Virus record (IMG/VR): IMGVR_UViG_3300033463_000013
Location: 64,001 to 128,000 of that record
Direction: 5' to 3' (one strand)
DNA: 64,000 nucleotides
Source of the DNA: a virus
Lineage: Duplodnaviria; Caudoviricetes
Numbering within the stretch: the first letter of the stretch is position 1; each line of letters opens with the position of its first letter. Below the pieces are notes generated by a model. The model made no database searches and was not told where the DNA came from. It was given only the letters and a program-made list of their open reading frames with translations. This document shows positions 53,677 to 63,647 of the stretch, in pieces. Both the position numbers and the translations under genes were made by a program.

Positions 53677-55931
53677 TAGTGGATGTGTTTGACGCGCTCT
53701 TCAGTTTCAACCTGCTTGCCCCTATTAAAAGCAGTTTTATAATTTCCGGTTAAGTAGCCAGTTACGCGTCTAAGTCTTGATATATTAGTACTTCCACACT
53801 GCGGGCACTTCTCGCCAATTTCATCTTGATAACCGCAGTCATTACAGCTATCTAACGGCACGTTGAGCGCGAAATAAGGTATATCGTGGTCCATCGCATA
53901 GTTTACTATAACTTCAAGTGCATCTATATTATTCTTTACTCCGCTTGGAACTTCTACATATGTGATACATCCGGCGCTAGAATATCCTGTTAGTTGGCTT
54001 TCAATATCAATTTTATCAAATACTGAAATGTCGTGCCAAACTGGTACATGCATACTATTTGTGAAATATTCATGGTCAGATACATTTGGAATCTTACCAT
54101 ATTTTGCGCGGAATTTCTTCATTGCGGTATAACAAAGATTTTCTGCGGGAGTATAATATACTCCGAAGTTTAGGTGATATTCTTTCTTAAACTCGGCGCA
54201 TCTATCTTTAAATAGTTGCTCAATACGCTTTGCTAGTTCCATGCCTTTTTCGGTAGTATGGTCACAACCAATTAGAATCTGTAAAGTTTCTGCAAGACCT
54301 AATTGACCTATAACTAATGTGCCGTGCTTTAGTGCAGAGCGAATACCTTCTTCTGGATGATAACCTAGCATTGTATGATTTTCATACATAAATTTGGCAG
54401 AAGAAGCATCTTGACTACAAATCCAATTGAAACGTTCAATAAGCATATCTTTGGCTTCATGGATTTTTGTATCAAGCAAATCCATAAAACAATCAATTAG
54501 TACTTGTTGATATTGTTTATCATCTATATAAGTTTGTTGTAATTGTTTTTCTTTTGCTTCCATAGCAAGTGTAGGCATAATAATTGTTACAGGACAAATA
54601 TTGCCACGACCATCCTTCATTTGAGGATTTGTACCAGGCTCAGCATTTATATCTCCAAGGTTCGCCGTGCGGCAGCCCATTGTAGAGAAGTAAGTGCGAG
54701 GATCATTAATATCATATCCAGCTGCATTAGACCAATCTACATTTGCGTAGTTTGGATAGATACGTCTTGCAGTTGATTCAAGTGCCAGTCTATATAAATC
54801 ATAATTTGGATCCCCATGATACCTATTTACACCTTTCATACATTGGAAGATTCCGCAAGGGAAGATAGGTGTTTTATGAAATTTACCCACCCCTTTAATT
54901 GAACCATTCAAAAGTGCTTTAATTACCATACGCCCTTCGGGTAGTGTACAAGTACCATAGTTAATGCTTGTAAATGGTAACTGATTACCACTACGAGATT
55001 GAAGTGTATTAAGATTATGGTACATACCTTCAACCGCTTGTTGAAGCTCGCGTTCTGTTTGTTCTAATGCATAATAATAAATACCTAAGTCTTGTTTAAA
55101 GTAATCATCCTCAATAGATAAATCCATATCTTTTGCATAAATAATTACTTGCTCTAATTCAGCTTCTGGGAGTCCTCCAATATATTTACAACCATCAGCA
55201 TAATGTTTATAAAAACTTTTCCTTACATAAGGCACCATAGTCCAATCCAAATGAGTAGCGCTAACACCGCCAAACTGCATTAGACTTTGTAACTGGAAGA
55301 TAACTGCTACGAGTTGGAAAGCAGTATTAATTGAATTAGCAGGACGTACATCAGTCTGTCTTGTATTAAATCCATTAGCAAGTAAGTCATCAAATGGAAT
55401 ACTTAAGCAATTATGCATACCAACAGCATATGCACTTAAATCGTGAATATAAATTTCATTATTTAAATGATTGGCTTTAGCCATTGGAGATACACAATAA
55501 TCAAGTGCATACTGCTTCATCATTTCATCAGAAGCCTCACCAACACGGCCGCCGAACGAATGTTCATCAATATTAGCGTTTTGGTTTTGAACATTTGTAG
55601 CACGAAGTTTTTCACTAATAGCCCGAATAAATTCAGTGGAGTTTGCGCGCATCACGCCGTGCTTATACCTATATTTAATATATGCTTTACCTACTGCACG
55701 ATCATAATCAGTTAGATAATCTTCGACTAATTCTTGAATATCTTCAACTCCAAGGGGTTCTTCCATTTCTTTAGCAACATTTTCTACTAATTCAGCAATT
55801 TCATCACCATAATTTGCTAATGTTTCAGCATGAGGATAAACCTCTTTTTGTGCTTTAAAAATAGCACGAGAAATTTTATCTTTATTAAATGGAACTAATT
55901 CACCCGTTCTTTTTCTAATCTGTAATTCCAT
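53676..55931 (-). CDS. nrdD: Class III anaerobic ribonucleoside-triphosphate reductase
   Basis: ATP cone (QIRKRTG), IYIHDL, MGCRT, TPAENL, Zn CxxC pairs and the RRVTGY glycyl-radical motif. Confidence 0.96.
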   Translation of the reverse strand: MELQIRKRTGELVPFNKDKISRAIFKAQKEVYPHAETLANYGDEIAELVENVAKEMEEPLGVEDIQELVEDYLTDYDRAVGKAYIKYRYKHGVMRANSTEFIRAISEKLRATNVQNQNANIDEHSFGGRVGEASDEMMKQYALDYCVSPMAKANHLNNEIYIHDLSAYAVGMHNCLSIPFDDLLANGFNTRQTDVRPANSINTAFQLVAVIFQLQSLMQFGGVSATHLDWTMVPYVRKSFYKHYADGCKYIGGLPEAELEQVIIYAKDMDLSIEDDYFKQDLGIYYYALEQTERELQQAVEGMYHNLNTLQSRSGNQLPFTSINYGTCTLPEGRMVIKALLNGSIKGVGKFHKTPIFPCGIFQCMKGVNRYHGDPNYDLYRLALESTARRIYPNYANVDWSNAAGYDINDPRTYFSTMGCRTANLGDINAEPGTNPQMKDGRGNICPVTIIMPTLAMEAKEKQLQQTYIDDKQYQQVLIDCFMDLLDTKIHEAKDMLIERFNWICSQDASSAKFMYENHTMLGYHPEEGIRSALKHGTLVIGQLGLAETLQILIGCDHTTEKGMELAKRIEQLFKDRCAEFKKEYHLNFGVYYTPAENLCYTAMKKFRAKYGKIPNVSDHEYFTNSMHVPVWHDISVFDKIDIESQLTGYSSAGCITYVEVPSGVKNNIDALEVIVNYAMDHDIPYFALNVPLDSCNDCGYQDEIGEKCPQCGSTNISRLRRVTGYLTGNYKTAFNRGKQVETEERVKHIH

Positions 55932-55936
55932 ATGAA

Positions 55937-56143
55937 TCACTCCTTGAACTTCTTTCCGCAATATGGGCATGAGTCACTATCGGAAAAATCATAACTTCCG
56001 TTACTATGCGGACATAACTTTTGTAAATCTTTAATTTCATCACGAATAATAAATACTCGATCTGAACGTTCCATTGTAGTTAGCGCCTTTTTCAATTCAG
56101 TACTTAATTCCTTATATTTGTTTTTAATATTATCTGTATTCAT
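55937..56143 (-). CDS. Small Zn-ribbon protein
   Basis: CPH...CPYCG; start at 56143 coupled to the upstream gene by ATGA. Confidence 0.7.
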   Translation of the reverse strand: MNTDNIKNKYKELSTELKKALTTMERSDRVFIIRDEIKDLQKLCPHSNGSYDFSDSDSCPYCGKKFKE

Positions 56144-57225
56144 ACTTTCCAAATTCCTCCCTTCTTAGCTGTTTCTGTAGTCTGGCGAAATAAGGTATTA
56201 GATGCTGGATATTTCTCTAATATAATTTCAAGCTGTTCGCGCTCAGGGCGCCGGTCAGATAATTTTTTATCTTTTGGTATCCTATCTATAATACTTTTAT
56301 AATCTTTTGTATCGCCTTGCGACCAAGTAGCAATTAATTTTGATATATCTGAAATTGGATTATAACAGCCTATCATTGGTTCTTCATATTTAATCTTAAT
56401 AGGAATGTTACAGCTCCAAAATACATATAATAAATTTAATTTATAAATTATATCTTTTAAATAATCCGATTGATAATGAAATGAGCCGCCAAGTGAAAGA
56501 TATACCTAAGCGCTTGGACTTACTGCAGCCAATAAGCGATTCTTATAATGCTTCATCAATATTGGTGTTTCTTTTAATGGTATATTTAAATCTAAATATG
56601 CATCATTACTTCGATTAATTAAATAATTTTCACGGACATCTAAAAAATCAGAAATTTTCTTATAATGAGCCGGATGAATAAAATTAATTGAAGAAGGCTT
56701 CCTATCAATCATCTTATCTATTATATTTCTCCAACCATCTTGAAAAAAATCTATATCATAAATATAAATACGATGACGTTTTTGAATTGCAGGAAGAGGT
56801 AGCACATCCTCTCCCGCGTGCCATCTATAATATGAATTATCTAGTAATCGCGCAATTTCAATATCTTTTATACCAGCTACACGCTTATCTTTTAAAAAAT
56901 CATGATATATACGTGTGCGCGCGATAGTATAATCTATTAATTTATTTTCAAATGGAACATATTTACCATTGGTAAATGCTGTTCCTCCATATATAATATT
57001 ATCTGCTCGTTTAAAAATATCTGGCACAGTCACAAAATCTTTAGATTCACTAAAAATATATATCTTTTCATAACTTGTTAATTCAGTTTCATCTAAGTTA
57101 ATCAGACGACAAAATTTATTTTCTTCTTGTTGATAGTAAGTAGCAAGTTTCATTATTTCAAGATTTGGAGGGCAGAGTGATGGTTTCTGCCACAATTGTA
57201 ATTGTAAATCAACTAAACCTATCAC
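56140..57225 (-). CDS. Hypothetical protein with a degenerate radical-SAM-associated N-terminus, 361 aa (one TAG=Gln)
   Basis: ORFs 56506..57225 and 56140..56376 are in frame across a single TAG; MIGLVD...PNLEIMKLATYY motif; no CxxxCxxC. Confidence 0.68.
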
Positions 57226-60200
57226 TCTTCTACCTCCACACGCTCGGTCTGGAATTCTAAAGTTCCGTCATTATGTATTGCTATTATTTTAGAGATAATT
57301 GGATAAAAACTATCTTTACGTTTTTTCGGAATGAAGTCTTGTCCTCTACGGATACCCTGTACCATTAATAATGTTCCACGCGAGAACCAACTTTTCTCGA
57401 TAACGTGTTTCTTACCATCTAAACCTCTTTGAGATAATTGTTTATCATACCCTGCATATTGATTCTTATAAATCTTCACATTAACAACACCACTGGGTGT
57501 CAGTAATGTTACGGTGTTTTTCATCTTGCTCTTATCTATTACTGTACCAATAATTCTTCTTAATTTATATACTCTAACTTCATTACCATCTTTACCTGTA
57601 AATGAATAATCTACTTCGGGTTCCTCTGGTAATTTGAAAAAATCATCATATAAATATTGTGCTTCTTCTAATTCATGTGAATGACTATAAAAGCTTACAG
57701 ATTCCATTTCCCAATGAGATATTGAGCCGCTAGCATATTTATTAAACATTTCATTATAAAGCGCTTGATTTAATTGTTCTAGCATTTCATTCTTATGTTC
57801 TTTTAAATATATTCTAATAGGATCCATTCCTCTTTGATAGAGATTGTCCCATACTGCGGCAGCAATTCTTGTACCATTAGATAACCAGTCCGCGCTGAAG
57901 TTGTTTGCAATAAAATTAACCGCGGAATCATTTAATTCATAATATTCAACCTTCTTTTGTTGCTTTAAAAACTTGTTGAATAAGAATAATTTTTTACAAA
58001 ACATAAGTTCTTCTGGAATCAAATTATAATTAATTAACATCTGCATATTTTGAAGTGTTAATCTTTGCTTTTTATCAGAAATCAATTCGATATATTTTGC
58101 CATGATTTCTTCACGCGGAACGCCCATTAAACTGTCAAATGCTCCGCATTTAATGAGGTTTGCCATTTGTATCTTATTGACTTTAACTTTGTCCAAAAAT
58201 TCTTCCATCGATCTAAATGGACGCCCACCCATAATATCTTTGATGGTAGACGTTGATAATCTTGTAATACCACGTAGACCGTAGAGGATTTCATTACTTT
58301 CAACCACTGGAGTAAAGGTGTAACTGGAACCATTGATATCGGGTGGAGCGACCTTAATTCCATATGTACTGAACCGTCCGATCGCTGCTGCAACCTTACC
58401 ATAGTCAACTGTTTTAGATTTTTCTTTCTTTTTATCTTCTTTCTCGCCTTCTGTAAGTTCATTTTCTTCCTCCCATTCTTCTTCCTCAATATCATCTTCT
58501 TCGGCCTCAGGTTCAACATCTAAACCCTCATCCTCATCTTCAACCTCTTCAATTTGAATGCCACCGCTATCTACAATTAAATTTGCGGTGTTCCAGAAGA
58601 TGATTGGATAGAAACGAGCAAGATTCATTTCTTGAAGTGCTATCATGGAGTATGAATACGTATGCGCAGCGTTAAATCCATATCCACGGCTCAACGCAAC
58701 TTCAACATCCCAGACATAATGACAGAACTTTTCATTTAATCCCTTTTCCTTAACATTATCAAAAAACTGTTTAGTTAAGGCATCATAATCTTTAGGATTC
58801 TTTTTTGCAATTGACTTACGAAGTTTATCAGCCCACTGTAAGTCCCAACCGCCACATTCAGGCAACTGAACCAACTGCATGAACTGTTCTTGTGTGATAG
58901 ACATGCCATCAGATATGTCTAATTCACGATGCATAATGGCCCGTTGTTCTTCAGTTAAACCCATCTGTTGCATTTCTCTATCCCATGCTTTTGGATTTTC
59001 TCTAAACCTCGCATATTTATCTAATGGACTTTCCGCGCCTTTTTCTGTCGCCATTAAACGAATAACCGAGTTAAGAACTGCTAATTCGTCAACACTTCGT
59101 GGATGTGTCAACGCAATTCCACGAACTCCACTTTGCTGTTCCATCTGGAATAAACTAACTATTTCGTGATTCTGGACCATATCCCACATTTTTTCATCGT
59201 CACGATTTATCTTATAAACTCCAAGAGCATTCTCATATGTTTCTCTTAAAGTTGGATACTGTTTTATATAACCTTGTTCTACCAATAAGTCAAGACAAGT
59301 ATGAATTTTATCCGCAGCTTCAACACTCAACAAGTCCATCTTAATCATGGATACATCTTCAAGGTCATGTAACTCAAACTGTGTAATTACCGTACCATCG
59401 GGCGCCCGCATCAATGCGCTACTTTCTGTAAAGTCCTCATCTGTGAAGACTACACCGCCCGCATGAATACCTTGACCACAAATTAAACCTTCAATCTTAC
59501 TTGCTACTTCCCAAAGTTTGGGATATTTATTTATTTCATTAACAAATGATTGAGTTGGCGCGATGCCATTATCTTCATCACCATAGTATGTTTGCTTTAA
59601 TGTATATACTTGACCACGCTCACTTGGAATTAAATTTGAGATATATGATGCTTCATCAACATCAATTCCTAATCCACGTGCTGCTGTTTGAATCGCTGAT
59701 TTTGACTTTTCTGTCTTAAATGTTGCTACATTTGATACTCGGTTCTGACCATATACTTTTCTTAAATGTTCTAGAACCTGCGCTCTACGAACACCTTCAA
59801 TATCAACATCAATATCAAGTACTGATACACGAGCTGGGTTAAGGAATCTCCAAGGATATGTCTTCGTCTTTTCACGTAAACAATTTATTTGAATAATATC
59901 CAAAGCATACAGAAGAACAAATCCCATACCAGAACCACGTGCCGGCATTACTAATGTTCCAGCATTCCAACATTCATCAATAATTTTTTGAAGATTGAGG
60001 AAGTATGCTGACCATTGTGCTTTATTTACTTCTGAAGAAATCCATGTCATTTCAAGACATTCATTTAATGCCTTATATGCTTCTTCATTTTGAAGATCTT
60101 CATGTTTCATAATGCCTTCTACTACGGCATCTACCAACATATTATCTGCGCGATGAGGAGAACCAATGAATTTTTCTAATTCTGGAATCTTCTCTATATA

Positions 60201-61178
60201 ATATTCCAAATCATCATTACTATGATTATTAAATTCACGCCATGGCAAACTCGGAATCTTTAGTGGCTTTAGAATACTAAAATCTTCACATTTATCTTTA
60301 ATCTCACGAATTGCCGCGTAAGCCGACTCAATCTCATCATCACTCATATACTTTAAGAATCCACGCACTTCTTCATCTTTCATCATGTAAGTTGTTGCGT
60401 AGAAACTCTTAACTTCACGGTCACCATCTTGTGCATTAAGAAATGCTTCATGAATTGAAGCATCTTCTGGACGACCATAATGGCTATCTGTTGTAATAAT
60501 ATATTTTAATTCAAGTTCTTTAGATATTCTGAGCAACTGTTGATTAACGAAAATCTGTTCTTTATTGTTGGAAGGTTGGATTTCGAGATAGAAATTCCCT
60601 TTACCGAATATATCTTCAATATACATGCACCAACGTTTAGCGGTTTCATAAAATTCTTCATCTCCTGTGTCCATATATCTTAACAAAAACTTATCTAATT
60701 GTGAGCCAAGACACGCGCTTGACGCAATCAAATGTCCTTGATTCGGTTTTACAATATCTTTTAAATCCTGATAATAAGTTGGACGTCTGCGCTGGCGCCG
60801 ACTCATATATGAACGCTGCCACGCTCTTGTAGATAACTGACAAATCTGCTTATATCCTTCCAAATCCTTCGCGAGAAGAATGAAGTGGAAGTATCTATCT
60901 TTTGTCTTATCATAATTCTTCGCGGTCAAACCATTTCTTGTAAGGTAAATCTCATTACCGCGAATCAGCTTAAAATCTGGATGTTTTTCTTTAATTTTCT
61001 TATAATATTTCTCTGCCTTAATATAACTTGATATAGTTTCATGGTCTGTTATTGCAACACACTCATGCCCAAGTTCTATGGCTAAATCAATCAAACCTTG
61101 TACGGTGTTAATACAATCACGCAAAGTTTCATTACTATATTCAGTATGATTGTGCATACTACCTGGATATTGTGACAT
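57222..61178 (-). CDS. dnaE: DNA polymerase III alpha subunit (family C, DnaE-type)
   Basis: PHP domain (HNHTEYS, AITDHE), RGSG, DIDVD, KMDLL and GYGFN; no TAG in about 1,318 codons. Confidence 0.96.
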   Translation of the reverse strand: MSQYPGSMHNHTEYSNETLRDCINTVQGLIDLAIELGHECVAITDHETISSYIKAEKYYKKIKEKHPDFKLIRGNEIYLTRNGLTAKNYDKTKDRYFHFILLAKDLEGYKQICQLSTRAWQRSYMSRRQRRRPTYYQDLKDIVKPNQGHLIASSACLGSQLDKFLLRYMDTGDEEFYETAKRWCMYIEDIFGKGNFYLEIQPSNNKEQIFVNQQLLRISKELELKYIITTDSHYGRPEDASIHEAFLNAQDGDREVKSFYATTYMMKDEEVRGFLKYMSDDEIESAYAAIREIKDKCEDFSILKPLKIPSLPWREFNNHSNDDLEYYIEKIPELEKFIGSPHRADNMLVDAVVEGIMKHEDLQNEEAYKALNECLEMTWISSEVNKAQWSAYFLNLQKIIDECWNAGTLVMPARGSGMGFVLLYALDIIQINCLREKTKTYPWRFLNPARVSVLDIDVDIEGVRRAQVLEHLRKVYGQNRVSNVATFKTEKSKSAIQTAARGLGIDVDEASYISNLIPSERGQVYTLKQTYYGDEDNGIAPTQSFVNEINKYPKLWEVASKIEGLICGQGIHAGGVVFTDEDFTESSALMRAPDGTVITQFELHDLEDVSMIKMDLLSVEAADKIHTCLDLLVEQGYIKQYPTLRETYENALGVYKINRDDEKMWDMVQNHEIVSLFQMEQQSGVRGIALTHPRSVDELAVLNSVIRLMATEKGAESPLDKYARFRENPKAWDREMQQMGLTEEQRAIMHRELDISDGMSITQEQFMQLVQLPECGGWDLQWADKLRKSIAKKNPKDYDALTKQFFDNVKEKGLNEKFCHYVWDVEVALSRGYGFNAAHTYSYSMIALQEMNLARFYPIIFWNTANLIVDSGGIQIEEVEDEDEGLDVEPEAEEDDIEEEEWEEENELTEGEKEDKKKEKSKTVDYGKVAAAIGRFSTYGIKVAPPDINGSSYTFTPVVESNEILYGLRGITRLSTSTIKDIMGGRPFRSMEEFLDKVKVNKIQMANLIKCGAFDSLMGVPREEIMAKYIELISDKKQRLTLQNMQMLINYNLIPEELMFCKKLFLFNKFLKQQKKVEYYELNDSAVNFIANNFSADWLSNGTRIAAAVWDNLYQRGMDPIRIYLKEHKNEMLEQLNQALYNEMFNKYASGSISHWEMESVSFYSHSHELEEAQYLYDDFFKLPEEPEVDYSFTGKDGNEVRVYKLRRIIGTVIDKSKMKNTVTLLTPSGVVNVKIYKNQYAGYDKQLSQRGLDGKKHVIEKSWFSRGTLLMVQGIRRGQDFIPKKRKDSFYPIISKIIAIHNDGTLEFQTERVEVEE

Positions 61179-61203
61179 TTTCTCACCTCTTTCTACTATA
61201 TCT

Positions 61204-61232
61204 ATTATATCATAAAATTTAATTTTTGTCAA
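61204..61232 (-). promoter_or_regulatory. Consensus sigmaA promoter for dnaE
   Basis: TTGACA, 17 nt, TG-A-TATAAT; no palindrome. Confidence 0.82.
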
Positions 61233-61624
61233 TGCCAAAACAGAAATGCTATATATGTTATAGCTATCTGAATTAAATGTAATGTTTGGTCTGTAATTAA
61301 ATTTATCTCTAATTTATTCGCCTTTTCATTATCTATATAAGCGTGCCAGAATGTATTCCATAGTAGAAATAGTGGATAATCAAAATAGAAAAATATCTCA
61401 TTATAATTATTTATAATTCCATAAACTAATAATGGTAATAATATCATAAATGCCCAAGAAAAACCGTGTACTATTAAAACTACTTTATAATCATCTTTAT
61501 ACATAGGATTTGGCGCATTCTCTTTCCACCATTTCTTTTGCTTCATCTTTGCCAATATTCCTTGTAAATAATAATCATCTACAATATGACAAAATATCAT
61601 TATAAACAGCAATATTAATTTCAT
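61229..61624 (-). CDS. DUF3307-like membrane protein
   Basis: HIVDDYYLQ, H..ID and DQTLH motifs with TM helices. Confidence 0.78.
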   Translation of the reverse strand: MKLILLFIMIFCHIVDDYYLQGILAKMKQKKWWKENAPNPMYKDDYKVVLIVHGFSWAFMILLPLLVYGIINNYNEIFFYFDYPLFLLWNTFWHAYIDNEKANKLEINLITDQTLHLIQIAITYIAFLFWH

Positions 61625-61632
61625 ATTATACC

Positions 61633-61869
61633 TCATCCATAAGGGTTCTCGTGCGCCCTATAATCCCAATCTATTTGATCTTTAAATTCTTCTTGTTTTT
61701 TCTCAGTGAATGTGCGCCACGCTTCCAAGTCTGAAAATTGCATATGTTCTTCATGTGTACCTTCCCAAATATAATGTTTACATACTTCACATCTTTTGGG
61801 TTCTTTTTCTTCTTGATACCAACGATTTCCGCACCAAGGACATTCATAGTAAAATACATCAGAACTCAT
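61633..61869 (-). CDS. Small Zn-ribbon protein
   Basis: CPWC...CEVC. Confidence 0.7.
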   Translation of the reverse strand: MSSDVFYYECPWCGNRWYQEEKEPKRCEVCKHYIWEGTHEEHMQFSDLEAWRTFTEKKQEEFKDQIDWDYRAHENPYG

Positions 61870-63634
61870 ATTTACTATTATCCTCTACTAACTCATAATC
61901 ATCAATGAAACACTGGACTGACTTTTTACCCATCCATTCATTAAGGTTTGCGCGCCCATAAATAGTAAGTTTTTTCATCCTATTATTCATAACTTCCTCA
62001 ATAAAGTCTGTATCTTTAAATTTCACATAATCAATTCCATTATATGAAATCTTAACACTACTTCTGTCCGCGCCCATAACATTAACACTCATAAGTGGAA
62101 TATTCTTTACAATAATCTTCGGCTCATCAATATGATTTCCAAAGTATTCTGGATGCGCTGCTAAACAGCCTAGTAATTCATCATTATAATCATTACCATC
62201 TAGAATGTAATCTACAATATAACAATTCTCAAAGTCTTCAGCTTTTAAATGACTATTTGCATAATTAAGTAGAGCATTTAATTTGTCTCCATTAAGGCCC
62301 CAGCCGGCCGCATTATCATGTCCAGCTGTATATGTTACAAGACCGCTATCTTCAAGGAACTTTTTAAAGCTAGGAAGTCCAGCAAAATTACCATCTGATC
62401 TAATACTTCCTTGAATTTCATTATCATTATTACGGCGACCAATCATGACTGGCTTGCGATATTTTGTAACAACATTCATAGCAATGAGACCAGTTAATTC
62501 TTGTGGAATATTATCTGAACCATCTAGTTCTACTATAATAATATTATTATCATCAAGACCATCTTTTTGAATTTTAAAGTCTACAATTCCCATAGCTTGT
62601 TCTTTTAATCGATCCTGACGGGATTTTGCATTTTTACCTACACGTGCAGTTTGTTCAGCTGCTGTTTCCCAATCTCCTGGTTTTGCTCCACGTTTAGTAC
62701 TTTGTAAAGGTTTATTTGGTTCAATAAAGCAATATAACATTGCCTCTTTCTCTGATGTGGTTCCAACTCGTGTAATGGCATTGATTAATGGCGCGATATA
62801 AAAGGCAATATCAATTGGATTTAATCCTGCATAAGGCGCAATTGCTTTATCTTTTAATGAATAGGATTGTGCTTCAATTAAAGTTTTAAATCCTTCATTA
62901 GTAATATTCCTTAATCCTTCCATCATTATATAATTTGTTTCAACATTAGTTCTATCCATTACATCAGCGATTTCTCCAAGTGCTGCCAAATCAATATAAT
63001 TATGAGCCTGCTCAATACCAAGTTTATCATCTAAAACTTCACAAAATTTATAGACTACGCCCGCGCCACATAGAGATTTGTTTGTATATTCTGGTGATAG
63101 CTGATTGTTTACTACAATAACAGTAGGCAAATCTGATACAACAGGATTACCTTGATCATCATATAATTGGTCATGGTGATCTAAACAAATAACATCCATA
63201 CCTAATTCACCCAATGCACGATGTTCTTTTACATCATAGCTACCAGCATCTGGACATACTACTAAATCCCACTTAGCTTCATCTGTAATCCAGTCAACTT
63301 TATCATTTAATCCATGCTGCTTATGTTCATGCACTGTAAATTCTAATCTTGCCTCTGGAAAGATATGTTTAATATAAAGCCATAAAATACTTGAACTAGT
63401 AAAACCATCAGCATCGCAGTCTACTATAAATAATATATCACTATTTCTACGTAGATGATATAATAGCTTTTCCGCTGCGGCTTCAATATTTTTTAGTTTA
63501 TATGGATTTAATTCACAAGTTTCTGCAGATGGATTAAGAAAATTTTCAATATCTTCTACTCCCCTATCATGGAGTATTTCTTTTAATGCTTTATCTGGAT
63601 TTGTACTATAACTATTTCTTAATCTATATTTCAT
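61859..63634 (-). CDS. recJ: RecJ-like DHH-family ssDNA exonuclease
   Basis: DCDADG, DHH, LCGAGV, GSIRS and GHDNAAG motifs. Confidence 0.92.
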   Translation of the reverse strand: MKYRLRNSYSTNPDKALKEILHDRGVEDIENFLNPSAETCELNPYKLKNIEAAAEKLLYHLRRNSDILFIVDCDADGFTSSSILWLYIKHIFPEARLEFTVHEHKQHGLNDKVDWITDEAKWDLVVCPDAGSYDVKEHRALGELGMDVICLDHHDQLYDDQGNPVVSDLPTVIVVNNQLSPEYTNKSLCGAGVVYKFCEVLDDKLGIEQAHNYIDLAALGEIADVMDRTNVETNYIMMEGLRNITNEGFKTLIEAQSYSLKDKAIAPYAGLNPIDIAFYIAPLINAITRVGTTSEKEAMLYCFIEPNKPLQSTKRGAKPGDWETAAEQTARVGKNAKSRQDRLKEQAMGIVDFKIQKDGLDDNNIIIVELDGSDNIPQELTGLIAMNVVTKYRKPVMIGRRNNDNEIQGSIRSDGNFAGLPSFKKFLEDSGLVTYTAGHDNAAGWGLNGDKLNALLNYANSHLKAEDFENCYIVDYILDGNDYNDELLGCLAAHPEYFGNHIDEPKIIVKNIPLMSVNVMGADRSSVKISYNGIDYVKFKDTDFIEEVMNNRMKKLTIYGRANLNEWMGKKSVQCFIDDYELVEDNSKYEF

Positions 63635-63647
63635 TGTTTCTCCTTCC

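Noticed and set aside
58430-58570. Intein or intron in dnaE at the acidic insertion
   Set aside because: It is a short D/E/K-rich loop without intein splice motifs, and the frame is continuous.
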